DNA from: Eledone cirrhosa
Lineage: Eukaryota
Length of the DNA: 64,000 bases
Direction of reading: 5' to 3'
NCBI GenBank assembly: GCA_964016885.1
Contig: OZ024741.1
Span: forward strand, 138,074,001 to 138,138,000
Below, piece by piece: positions 52,305 to 64,000 of this stretch. The translations under genes and the position numbers were made by a program. Positions within the stretch are counted from its first letter, which is position 1; every line of letters starts with the position of its first letter. The notes beneath the pieces were generated by a model. It had not been told where the DNA came from, did not search any database, and was given only the letters and a program-made list of their open reading frames with translations.

Positions 52305-53008
52305 CACTTAATTATATTGTGTTCATAATATTTAGATAAATTTGAAGAGTATCTCAGAAATAGATTTTTTAAAATAGAGGTCAGAAAAGTATGAATTTTG
52401 GTTCGTCAGAGACCAATTCATCAATTTTGTAGCAGTGATATGCTACAAACCAAGTTAATTAGTGTAAATAATTGGACTTAACACAATACAATACGCTGAT
52501 ATATGTTAGTTTTCTTACATTCTCCTGAACATTTTTAGAAAGTTATTTGCAAAACTTAAAGGTTGCTAAAATATAGAATATATATTTAAAATCCGCCATG
52601 TGTTGATCATCACAATATGAACGTTGCGAGTGTAGCATGGTCGAATAGTTAAGCAGCTCGTTTCACGATTAGGCAGACCCATCATCTATCATGTCCTTCG
52701 GAGAGACCTCATAACCACATTAGAGTGGGTGAGAGATGTCTACATTTGTGAAAATCGGCATAACTTTCATTATGTAAAATCTCCCCATTTTGATTCCTTT
52801 CTTCCTCCATTTGGAGCACCTTTGTCATGGTACTCACCGTTTGGCATTTTAGCGATTGGCAAGTTTGAGTAGATGATATTTTTTTACTCTTTAATCGGTC
52901 ACGTTTTTTGTGTTGTTGCTTTTACTCTTCACGGCTCAAAATATTGTCAAGCGTGAAATCGGACGAACGAATGAACGAACCATCCAACATATTGACTATT
53001 AGAGTTGA

Positions 53009-53173
53009 AGGCGGTGGATTGGCAGTATCGGCAGACCATCGATTTCAAATCCCAACGAGGTTAGCTTTGACTTTCATGCTCACAGGGTCGCTGATACAAG
53101 CATCAGTAACGCATTGGGGCAGATTTAATCAATTTTTCCATGATTGCCTTGAGCCTAAATCAGAAACTATTAT
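53009..53173 (+). mobile_element. Degenerate copy of the same SINE
   Basis: ggcggtggattggcagtatcgg...ttcaaatccc...ctttcatgctcacagggtcg. Confidence 0.6.
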
Positions 53174-54410
53174 ATATTGGAAATCTACAGTGGTTAAAAT
53201 GTATCATCATTGCTTGTTCGTTCGTTCATATGTAACTAAATACTGTATAACCAACGGTGCGTCGTTTGATAACTGTGCCCTGATAGATTAAAAGGTTGGG
53301 CGTAGGTTAATGGTTATGTTGTTCGGCTCACGATCGGCGTCATGTTTCTTTTAACACGACAATTTGTTTCAATTTGCTCCTGTCCATTTAGCTGGCGTAG
53401 TACCTGTAATTCAAATGGTCAACCTTACCACACAACATTGTGAATCTTCTCGAGCATTACATTAAATGTACACGTGTCTGTGGAAGGTCTATGCACCTGC
53501 ACGAGTAGTTTTTTATCCTGTTCCGATCAACCAATGGAGCTCTAAAGCACATACATACACACACATAATCACACGCGAGCTTAAACACACACACACACAC
53601 ACACACACATATCAAATTATTATTCAGTTGAATATCACAGGAATGTGTCTGGCTTTTATGAAGTTTTAACATGGGAGTCTATCAATTTTACTAACCGTGT
53701 ACGTGAGATAATGGTGAAAAGTAAAGTAGAAGGAAATAGAATTCAAAATCGTAATAGAACATCCTGGAAGATACACCCAGTAATTACTTTCAGACAAAGT
53801 CTATTATGTTTATATAAATTCAATGGAAATATCTTGTAGATCATGCAAACAAAGTATAAGTATGTTTTGGTGGTGTGCCAAGTGGAAATATTATTAATTT
53901 CCTCACAGCTTTAGTGTAACTATCAATTATATAATTACAGATGTCCAAGTTGATAGGACACTAACACAACACATAGCAGTACATTATTGATTTCGTTGAT
54001 TTTAGAACGAGCTCTTATATTGTAACAGGTGAACAAAAACATTATTACGTTATAGCCGGCAGTAATAGGGTCAGGAATGATGTGAAGTTGTATTGACACA
54101 GGAAAGGAAATAGTACAACATAGCACACTCAGTGTACATTATTGCCAAAGTCAACTGATTGTTTTTCAGTAATGCGTTTTTAGAATGTGTGTGTGTTGTA
54201 TCTCCGTCGGTTTGGGGATGAGTGTTCTTGTAGGTGAAAATGAAATATTTCTAAAATATAATTCGATGCAATGCTTCGATCGCCGCCTCTTGATAATAAT
54301 AGGATGGCATTCCAGAGGTATCAACGATTATTTGTTTTTAGTTTTGAACCTTATTTTATCAAAATTGAATTTCAATGCAATATTTTGATGGTCTTCTTCT
54401 TCTAATAATA

Positions 54411-54817
54411 ATAATTGTTTCTACTTTAGGCACAAGGCCAACAATTTAAAGGGGAGGGGAAAGTTGATTAAGTCGACCCCAGGGTATTATTGGTGCTATA
54501 TTTTATGGACCCCCGTAAGGATGAAAGTCAAAAGTGACCTCGGCGGGATTTGAACATAGCGCTTTGTAAGTAAATACAGTAAAGCATTTTATCAAGCGTT
54601 TTACCGGTACAGCCGATCTACCTTTCTAATAATTGTTTCTATTATTGAAACAAGGCCAGCAATTAATCAGTACATAGCTGGTACTTTATTTTATCGACAC
54701 CGGAAGGATGAAAGGCAAAGATAACCTCGGCAGGATTTGAACTCAGAATGGCAAGGGCCGTAAATCTATGCGTCAAAGCATGGCGTCCGACCCTCTACCG
54801 AGAATGCCAATCCACCG
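54411..54817 (-). mobile_element. Two tandem SINE copies (54411-~54625, ~54628-54817)
   Basis: Reverse complements of the SINE core: aaggatgaaag(g/t)caaa...cctcggc(g/a)ggatttgaac; head tgccaatccaccg. Confidence 0.8.
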
Positions 54818-57800
54818 TAATAATGACAATGATAATGATAATAAGGATTTCTTGTATTGATAACATTAATAATAGAATGGACCTTCACCAGTTTCGACTA
54901 TACATATATGTTGAACATTCCATATATATGTATTGACGCAATTCTCTGGGACATTCAGCATGATAAAGTGTGTGATAGGTCTAGCAGCTTGAATCACATG
55001 TACAGTCTATCATTAGTATATGTGGCTGAGTATTCTGGAGACAAGTGGAATCGAAACGCAATCTAAGTAAGATTCAGCAGTTAAAATTATTGAGTGGACA
55101 GGAAAAAAACATGAAATAAAATATTTTGCACGAAAACAAAACAAACCGCTTGGAGTTGATCTCATGATCATAAAATAGTAACATCGAAAGCACTAAGTCA
55201 CGAGCCTTCACTTGTTTATAATATAAATTTGAAACTAAACACGTATCGGACTAAAGGAAATGCGGTAATTCACATTCAAAGAAGCAATAAATATAATATT
55301 CTTTGTAATTTCTGTATTTGCATAATGTCACCTCTTTTCAAACATAATTCAATTATTCCAAATATTTATCACAACATATTTCATCATCATTAGTACAACA
55401 AACGTAATTATGACTGATTTAACATCCAAATATTTAGTTGTTTAATCACTTTGAAGCAATTAACATGAAATAATCGACTTCTAACAACAGATAACATATA
55501 TACTGTTTATATACACAATGTAAACATTAATTTTGCGTTGTCTCTATATAATATCTTCGCAGAGCGTCTCCAATAATAGTTACGATTGTGTGTGTCAGTT
55601 TCTGTGTGTGTTTGCGTTTATGTGTGTGTGAGAGAGAGATGTCAGTTTAACACATTACCAACAAAGACAGGCGATTTGGCAGAGACGTAAGAGCGGGGGA
55701 TATTTGTTCAGGATTTTTGCGTTTAAATTCAAACACTGACATAGTTTGAATCTATTCAGAATTGGATTGCAATATTTTGTTAACAATTGTTGAGGGGACA
55801 ACATGGATAGCCGGGTGGTTAATAATTTAGGATCAGAAGTTCGTTTTTCGTTGCTCATTCAATATCCCCACACAGCCCATTTGGAGTTTTTTTTCCTACA
55901 CTGTACATCGGATCGACGGAGGTCCGACGTACACGTCAGCAGTTTAATATCAAGCTTTCTATAATATACGAAGCAATGCAATAACTATAGAAAGCAATTA
56001 ACTCTAGCTTCGTACATATCATTAACTTTGAAACTTTTCCCTCACCTTTGTATCTAATTTTGCCTGCTTTTATTGCATTTTTAATAACGACACATTTGTT
56101 TTCTTTTATATGTCTTGAAAACAAATAAAATAAAGAAAAACGTTTACCAAAAAGGCACCACCAAATATACGAATTCAATTTACTGTAATGTTAATCGAGA
56201 TACACTCACTCAGTTCTTATTCAGTGAAGTATTTGATGCGAAGGATTTATTAAAAGGTGACAATTCCTATTATCACTATAGATACAACAGCTGGTTCGTA
56301 CTCTAAGCAAAGTTTTACATTTTTATTAGTGTCACTGGGATAATGAAATTTCAAGGCATCCCAACGAAATATTGAGCGTAATAAAGTGTTCACGTTAAAT
56401 GAATGAAATTAGATATTCAATTAATCTAAATATTTTTTTGGTTATCAGTATAACGGATAGTAAAAAAAAATCTAAATATATTTTTTTCTTTTTCGCTTAC
56501 AAAAATATATTTCTTATATTAATTGTAGGAATTCAATTTGATGACGCTATTCAATGTGTCTACCAGTTAATATATCACTGCAATTATTGTTTTTGACCTT
56601 CTGCTGCTCTGCTAAGCCTCATGCCACACCTCACCATACATATCATTATTTTGCACATATTATCTGAGAGTAGGAATATATATCTGTCTGTGAAGGGGCA
56701 AAGATTAGTAATATCAGTGGATGTTCACAGAAAGAAAATCTTCACAAAAGATCTAAAATAATTGCTGAGAAATAGAGCGAGTAATATGGATTCTTTCGGA
56801 GATTAATTCTCTGGTATTTTCCAGAATAATCATTATGAATGTCTTTCTGTTAATTAAATCATTGAAGGTCAGATGACGTCAATAGCATCTGCAGACCCCA
56901 ATTAAATTAAATTTGAGTTGATTATCAATACATAACCTTTGGACGGGGTGACATCTTCATGGGTAGGCACTGAAAGCAGAGAAAATATTGCTGTTATGAA
57001 GATTATTACTTTTAATACGTTTGACACAAACCCGGCCTAAACCGGCTTTGGTTCTCTGAAACAAACCATCTATTTTAAACTATTATCATCTAATATAATT
57101 TCATATGAGAAACATATGTTTAGTTATTGTTTTAGAAATGTAAATCCTTCAGAATATTCTGTAAATCCAATATTTCAAAATTATCTAGAATTCTTCATTA
57201 AGAAATTATATTTCGTTAATAATATAGCCTCGAAAGAATTAAGAAGTCTTTTTATTTTAACACGTTTGCATTATTGTATGAAAATGTAGCATTGCTGTAT
57301 CTTAGTAATGTGACAGATCCATGTGTGTGCGTGCGTGTTTTAGCTATGGTTATAGATCCGTATTGACGAACGTTTGCAGGAACTATCTGGTAACTTCGAA
57401 ACGAATTGTGTGTGAATGATGCAAAAGAGTTTGGTTGTACCAGTCATTGTAATAACAAGAATTCATCTTAGATTACAGTCATATTTGTTCCATCGTTTAT
57501 CAGAAACCCTATGCCATAGACTGAACATATTCTTTCTTACGACAATCTCCCCAACTTCATAAAGAGCTCGTTGTTATTTCAAGACTGGGGAAGAGCAGTA
57601 ACAGGTGCATATTTTGTGTAGCTAGGGGCTACAGTCTAAACTCCTGTATTCACTCTATCAAAGACATTTAAAGGAATTCTATTGGAAATGAAGCACTCTG
57701 CCTTGTTGGTTGTTGTCATATATTAATGCTAAATAATTACAGGACAGTTAGAGTTATTTAATATCAATGTATACCCGTAGTATTTGTATAACCCGTAGTA

Positions 57801-58329
57801 TTTGTATAACTGACTGTTTTACATTAACATAAGTTGGGCTAATAATCTTTACGGTAAAACATATCTGTTCACGAATAAAGACACTCTAAACATTCGAACT
57901 AATAAACCTGTTGTTAAACATTTTCTGCTAAATCAAAAACACGTTAAGAGTTAAATCATTAAAATATAATTGAGAGAATTCTGATGTTATTTGCTGGAGG
58001 TCGAGCGACTATATAGTGTTTAGTAGAATATAAACTTTTTACATGTCAGTATAATTCAGGATATTTTGTGAAATGTATAAATGTCTTCAGGTAATAAAGA
58101 AACATTCTCCGTCCTTTTAAAGAAATATTATATCCTCTGACTGCAGACACACGAAATACATTTATTGAGCTTCTGACATTACTTAAATAACTTAAGTAGG
58201 TTTCTTTGTATCACACATTAATATGGTTGATTTAAATGGAGAGAGAAATGGAAAAGCAAAGTAAGCACTGCGTTATATTTTGTGATCAAATATATCACAG
58301 GGTATGCAATCATACTATGATACATACAC

Positions 58330-58882
58330 AATCTCTTTTATCTAATGTATTGGTACGCGATGGGACCCACCTACAGCCCCGGCGGACAGAATGGAGAAGG
58401 CGTTTCCCCGGAGGACGGCAAAGGAGACGCGCTGGAAAAGCCACTCCAACTCGCGGGGCTCACACCTACGGCTGGCCAGCTCAGCGCCTATGGTGGTGAT
58501 TAAAGAGGTAGCCCTGGGGCCGAGGACACCAGAAGTTTCCACTGCCAGGGGAACGACCGCAAACATGTCGGAGAGAGACCGGTATTTGAGGAGTTTGGCC
58601 CCCTCACCCCGACGTGCAGCAGAACCTGGGTCAGTCGCAGACTGCACCAGGTTGCGGCTGCAGAAAGTGTCGGTGCAAGTGGCATCCCAGACGAGGGGCT
58701 TGCCACCGCGGAACGGGAAGATGGTCATGCCATCTGGCCTTTTGCAGTCCCCTCGATCCAGCCCCACCGGCTCGAGCTGGGAAGGGAAGCCTGCAGCGTC
58801 CAAGCCATGCTTAATGACCTCGTTGAGTGCAGTATGGCGTGGAATGCGGCCGGCGCTGTTGCGATAGGAAAGTGGGTGGAGG
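58330..58882 (-). mobile_element. 3' fragment of a CRE-like non-LTR retrotransposon (restriction-like endonuclease domain)
   Basis: GC-rich island. Translation RHTALNEVI...EPVGL...KRPDGMT...WDATC...KLLKY...PLAVETSGVLG...FQRVSFAVLRGNA matches the RLE pattern of CRE-clade elements. Confidence 0.78.
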
Positions 58883-59859
58883 CTTTTATGAGATTATGTG
58901 AGAGTATGGCATAAGCATATTTGCAAATTATTTTGTTTGTTTGTTTGACCTGAGGTAATTTTAATTATATCAATTATATTCTTAAAGAAGAATGATATAC
59001 CTAATATCCCCTTTATGCCTAACTATAAAGGCTAGAGAGTTTTGATGTGTCTGAAATATAGTCTAATTTGAATTATAATATGTATATTAAATCATCTATA
59101 TGCACTCAAACGTAACTCCCTCTTATCACTCTCCTTATTTAAGTAAAATAGCGGTGAATCGACAAAGATGTTACGGTGCCAAATGTAATGCCTCTGTATT
59201 TTCCCTTGCGCTCTGAATTATAATCCCATTGTCGCCGACTCGGCATTTGATACATTAGTCGCTATATAAAGTACCAATACAGTTATCAGATTGATTCTCG
59301 CTCTATTTCTATTTACCAATTTACCCCCCCCCCCCCCCAATCCTTATTTGGAAGAAATCGGTTGTGTTCCGACTTTCCGACTTGGAGAGGGATGGGTTCT
59401 CTCCGATGTAGAATGCTGAGGATATACCGTCTGTGGAGAGGGCGTCACTATGACAGCTCCAGGAGTTAAGGGAGATCTTTTATTAAATATATCAAAACTC
59501 AAATCACTAAAGTAAACTTCTCCACCCCATCTTTGTTATTTCAAGCAATGAAATAGAAAATATAAATCAGAGATAGCGAGAAATAGAATTATCCATTAGC
59601 AGACAAATTTATTCTACAAGCTCTTAACACACAGTCGTCGGCCTTGCTGAAAATAGCAGCACTCTGCAGAATTAAATGAGAGATTATATCTTTCGTACAC
59701 CACAAATAAAATTTATTCTTTTCATTGTAAACAATTCGCTACCCATTGCATTGAAGAATCCAGATAATGGACCATCTTAAAATCGATGGAAATGTGTTTT
59801 ATAGAAAGGTCGGCACCGGTTCAACTCTGATAGAAAGATATGTTTCTTGTTCCCGGTGC

Positions 59860-60150
59860 TATCCGCCCACTACAACCGCTCCCCCACAAAAAAACCCACA
59901 CATCTCATAGCAACAATACGACACAGCTACCTCACTTCAACTGGCCCGCTCTCTTTAATATCAAACAGAAATACTTCAAGACAGAAACAGATCTTATAAT
60001 ATTCAAAGGTTTCTTGGACAAATTCCTCCTCGAAAACCCGGATATGTCTATATACAAGAGTGTGTCACGGTGTCTAACCTATGACAAGGTTTTGAACCCA
60101 TAATCTGAAAGAATTCGCCAAGTGATTTTCTTAAAGTTAGACATGATTTA
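59860..60150 (+). pseudogene. Decayed 3' end of a CR1/L2-group LINE ORF2
   Basis: PALFNIKQKYFKTETDLIIFKGFLDKFLLENPD resembles the P.LFN.LP...FK..LDKFL..IPD C-terminus. Confidence 0.5.
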
Positions 60151-60200
60151 GGTCAGCACTGGTCAGAACGTATCAAAGTTATCAGCCATTATTACGTCTT

Positions 60201-60825
60201 AGGTTGCGGCTCTTTATGATCTGAGTTCAAATCCCGCCGAGGTTAACTTTGCCTTTCATCCTTATGGGGTCTATAAAATAAAGTACCAGTCACGCACTGG
60301 GATCGATTTAATCGACTTTCCCCTCCCCCCAAATGACTGGCCTTGTGCCTATATAACAAACCATTATTACGTCTTAGGGCGGTGGATTGGCAGTACCGGT
60401 AGAGTCGGACACCATGCTTTGCAGCATAGAGTTACGGTCCTTTACGGTCTGAGTTCAAATACTGTCGAGGTTAATTTTATCTTTCATCCTTACGGGGTCG
60501 ATATAATAAAGCACCAGTAGCGTACTGGGGTCGAGTAATCCACATTCCCCTCCCCCCAAATTACTGGCTTTCTGCCTATACTAGAAATCATTATTACGTC
60601 TTTACTTTATTATTTACATTATTACGTTTTACTAAGGGCGGTGGATTGGCAGTATCGGTAGAGGGTCGGACGCCATGCTATGCTTTGCAGCAAAGAGTTA
60701 CGGCCTTTTATGGTCTGAGTTCAAATCCTGCCGAGGTTAACTTTGCCTTTCATCCTTATGGGGTCGATAAAATAAAGTACCAGTAATAATTGCTGGCCTT
60801 GTGCCAAAAGTAGAAACAATTATTA
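60201..60825 (+). mobile_element. Head-to-tail array of three SINE copies (60201-60370, 60376-60597, 60635-60825)
   Basis: Three ctgagttcaaat...ctttcatcctta(c/t)ggggtc cores separated by attattacgt motifs. Confidence 0.85.
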
Positions 60826-61753
60826 CGTATTTACTTATTACATCGGTAGCTTACCAGATCGCGTCACACTTCGCGAGCTGGTTCATATTCTATCTCTGCT
60901 TAATAAGTTTGTGGGTTACTAAATTGTATTAAATGAAATTCGTTTTAGTAGATTCAATATACATTAAAATGAAATATGTCAATATGTGTTCGTAATATTC
61001 GAACATATATACACTTTACACAACACTTTACACACACACATAAATTACTGGATCGCCACTGATTCCGATAACCAATATTCCAGTCGTTCGAAGGGGCATG
61101 TGAAATCAACGTATATTATATAGAAAAGTGCAGTTCTTACCAATTTCTCATGGGGATTCGTTATTATACACTGTTAGTCAAGACCAGTCCTTTGAATAAC
61201 AGCTAGGGGACCTGTAGAAGCTGAAAAGAAAAGATCTTGTTCATGGGGACAAAACACTACCATTTGGAAACCGCGATTTATTTGTATTATTAGCTGAACA
61301 GCCCTCTAACTATTTAACCACCCGCTTTTTTTCCAAACACACAGTTATAGACACCTATACATCATATATGCCCTTCACATATACATCATATATGGGAACA
61401 GAAAACCACCTGCGGCGAGGTGTTACGGCTTGTAAATACAGTGACATTACTTAGTGACACTATTTAAATTCAAAGCTAAGGCACAGCACGCCGAGAGAGT
61501 AGCCTGAAATACATAATATTCTTACTTTTCACTTAACTATACAGATATAGTTCATATATTTCTCTAATGGACGCCTGAATAGGATATCATTAATATCACC
61601 CAACTATATCTCAATTACAAACTCGCTGATATACATTTTTCTTTCACATTATAATGTAGAGAAAATAAAATAGTATGTACGTATGTCGTCCGGAATATAT
61701 ACATATATATGTATGTGAGTGCAAATATATAAACACGCGTACACACAGACGAC

Positions 61754-61835
<82 letters not shown>

Positions 61836-61932
61836 ATATATAATATATATAGTATATTTATAATATATCTATTATATATATATAAAATAAATATATATAA
61901 ATTATAATATATATATATATACATATAATATG

Positions 61933-62009
<77 letters not shown>

Positions 62010-62123
62010 CAGCCTGCTCAACCAGTGGGATGGAGTTATCCTATGGCTAAAACAGCACAACGTGCTGTGACCAGCGGCGCCGACTGGCGCCAGACAGACT
62101 GGTCGGTGAAGGTGATCAAGGTG

Positions 62124-62156
<33 letters not shown>

Positions 62157-62413
62157 ATAGAGAGAGAGAGAGATAGATAGATAGATAGATAGAGAGAAGG
62201 AGAGAGAGAGAGTGAGCAAGAGAGAGAGAGAGAGAGAGAGTGCGGACCGGGTGTCCACTAATCAAGGAAGTACTCAATGCACAGGGAGATATGGAATGTG
62301 TATAGAGACAGGTTTAATACCGAACATGCCTCGGCGCCGCGTCCGGAATTTTACCTCTCTCTATCTCTCAGTATATATATATATATATAGATATACATAC
62401 ATACATACATACT

Positions 62414-62464
<51 letters not shown>

Positions 62465-62671
62465 CTACCTCCACTAATGTTGAGAACAAATTTGGTCGTT
62501 CTGACTGCTGCTAGCAATAGCTGTGGCTAGTTTGACCTACTTTTGCCTCTATCTTTGCTACGGCCCTTGATAAACCTGTTTCTACATCATCCACTCTCAT
62601 CCCAGGAACAGTTTTGATAGCGCTAGTTTGTGATTTAAATTCAGGAATTTTATATTCTTTGAATGAAAAGA

Positions 62672-62755
62672 ACCTTCTGACGAGAATCTTTCTTTGCAAC
62701 GAAGGCCGTATGGTCTCCGTTTTATTTTTGGGATTCGAAACCGATCGGTAAAGGT
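62672..62755 (+). ncRNA. Type-I hammerhead ribozyme, canonical core, palindromic stem III, GUA site (predicted cut after 62750)
   Basis: ACCUU CUGACGA GAAUC [43-nt loop] GAUUC GAA ACCGAUCGGU A AAGGU. Confidence 0.88.
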
Positions 62756-63155
62756 AACTATAGTAGGTAAAGTCAATTTTTTAAAATTTATTTTGAAACT
62801 TTTTCATTATTTGCTAAACCTTGTTTATATTTGTTCTGGCTCGTTAATTTATTAACCCGCCATTGAACCACACTGGCATTTGGTTGGACAATACATGCGT
62901 ACCTTGGCGCCTTGTGCGTGAAGGAACGTATATCCTATTACTACTACCTCCACTAATGTTGAGAACAAATTTGGTCGTTCTGACTGCTGCTAGCAATAGC
63001 TGTGGCTAGTTTGACCTACCCTCCTTTTGCCTCTATCTTTGCTACGGCCCTTGATAAACCTGTTTCTACATCATCCACTCTCATCCCAGGAACAGTTTTG
63101 ATAGCGCTAGTTTGTGATTTAAATTCAGGAATTTTATATTCTTTGAATGAAAAGA

Positions 63156-63239
63156 ACCTTCTGACGAGAATCTTTCTTTGCAACGAAGGCCGTATGGTCT
63201 CCGTTTTATTTTTGGGATTCGAAACCGATCGGTAAAGGT
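63156..63239 (+). ncRNA. Type-I hammerhead ribozyme, second tandem copy (predicted cut after 63234)
   Basis: Same motif as 62672-62755. Confidence 0.88.
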
Positions 63240-63306
63240 AACTATAGTAGGTAAAGTCAATTTTTTAAAATTTATTTTGAAACCTTTTCATTATTTGCTA
63301 AACCTT

Positions 63307-63364
<58 letters not shown>

Positions 63365-63435
63365 GGTGTTGGATGTTTAAAGCGTCCGTATGCGGTAGGC
63401 CGTATGAGCACTCGATGCCCTCATAGAGCAGAGTA

Positions 63436-63679
63436 TGATATCAGAGAAGAAAGAGAATCAGTGTTGCGACGAAAGGAATTTATTGGACATATTACAATTG
63501 TTTCTCGCGCGACCAGCTCTAGGCACGATCGAAGAAACGAGACGTATCCGAGGACCGCGCGATTCCAGAGTCAGGTTTGATCACCACATCGATCGTGCCT
63601 CCAGCTGGTCGCCCGAGAAACAATTGTAATATGTCCCATAAATTCCTTTAGTCGCAACACTGATTCTCTTTTTTTCTGT

Positions 63680-63683
<4 letters not shown>
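63436..63683. repeat. Fold-back with ~95-bp imperfect arms
   Basis: agagaatcagtgttgcgac...gcacgatcga pairs with tcgatcgtgc...gtcgcaacactgattctct. Confidence 0.8.
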
Positions 63684-63756
<73 letters not shown>

Positions 63757-63759
<3 letters not shown>

Positions 63760-64000
63760 CAAGGGAAAGCAAATAAAGAAAACATTTTAAAATAAATTTC
63801 AAAAACTTCACGTACTTAGTATATGTGCCTTAACCGCGGTTTCAGTTCCCCAACAAATAGATAATCCGAGCGGATTTCTATTGAAAAAGAGATCCTTGTC
63901 AGAAGGCTTTTCTTTCTCGGAGAATATAAAATTCCCAAGTTCAAATTACAAACTGGCGCCATACAAAACTGCCCCAGAATGAGAGCAAATGAATGATGAA
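63757..64000 (-). mobile_element. Diverged, inverted relative of the 62461-63310 repeat with a decayed HHR (63827-63907); runs off the window
   Basis: Minus strand: GCCUU CUGACAA GGAUC...GAA ACCGCGGU U AAGGC; the flanks align with the tandem unit (ggaattttatattct, ttttgtatggcgccagtttg). Confidence 0.72.

Larger units (their letters stand above)
62461..63310 (+). mobile_element. Retrozyme-like or PLE pseudo-LTR tandem repeat: ~480-bp non-coding unit present ~1.8 times, each copy with an HHR, inserted in (TA)n
   Basis: actacctccactaatgttgagaac occurs at 62464 and 62943; the copies are near-identical; (TA)n lies immediately on both sides. Confidence 0.85.

Noticed and set aside
53935-54126. Short ORF with a faint Ig-strand-like start (IQLHIIPDPITAGYNV)
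   Set aside because: The resemblance is too weak, there is no clear acceptor site, and the rest of the domain is missing.
61570-61612. Hammerhead-like layout (CUGAAUA, GAUAU/AUAUC hairpin)
   Set aside because: Both core segments are non-canonical and stems I and III do not form.

Overview
Eukaryotic, repeat-saturated genomic DNA with no recognisable intact host gene. It is most likely cephalopod (Octopus-like), inferred from the SINE family and the very long (TA)n/(TG)n microsatellites. The window is a pile-up of retroelements, most bounded by (TA)n tracts: a disrupted RTE-clade LINE with C-terminal C2H2 fingers (1-3623), a near-complete GC-rich Penelope-like element (PLE; RT plus GIY-YIG, minus strand, ~11190-15530), three AT-rich PLE GIY-YIG remnants, an R4/Dong-type RLE LINE (~27850-31270), three Tx1-like L1 elements (31271-46947), a CRE-like RLE fragment and several tRNA-derived SINEs. 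The main feature the ORF track misses is RNA-level. Reading by eye I find 16 type-I hammerhead ribozyme (HHR) motifs from about 8-9 sequence families, inside short non-coding tandem, inverted or fold-back repeats. They include a tandem pair with complete cores 484 nt apart (62672-63239; retrozyme/circRNA-like), two U3-A8 core covariants, and a 523-bp palindrome with an HHR on each strand. All structures were read manually; none was folded computationally or tested. The many 'YIYIYI' ORFs are microsatellite artefacts.
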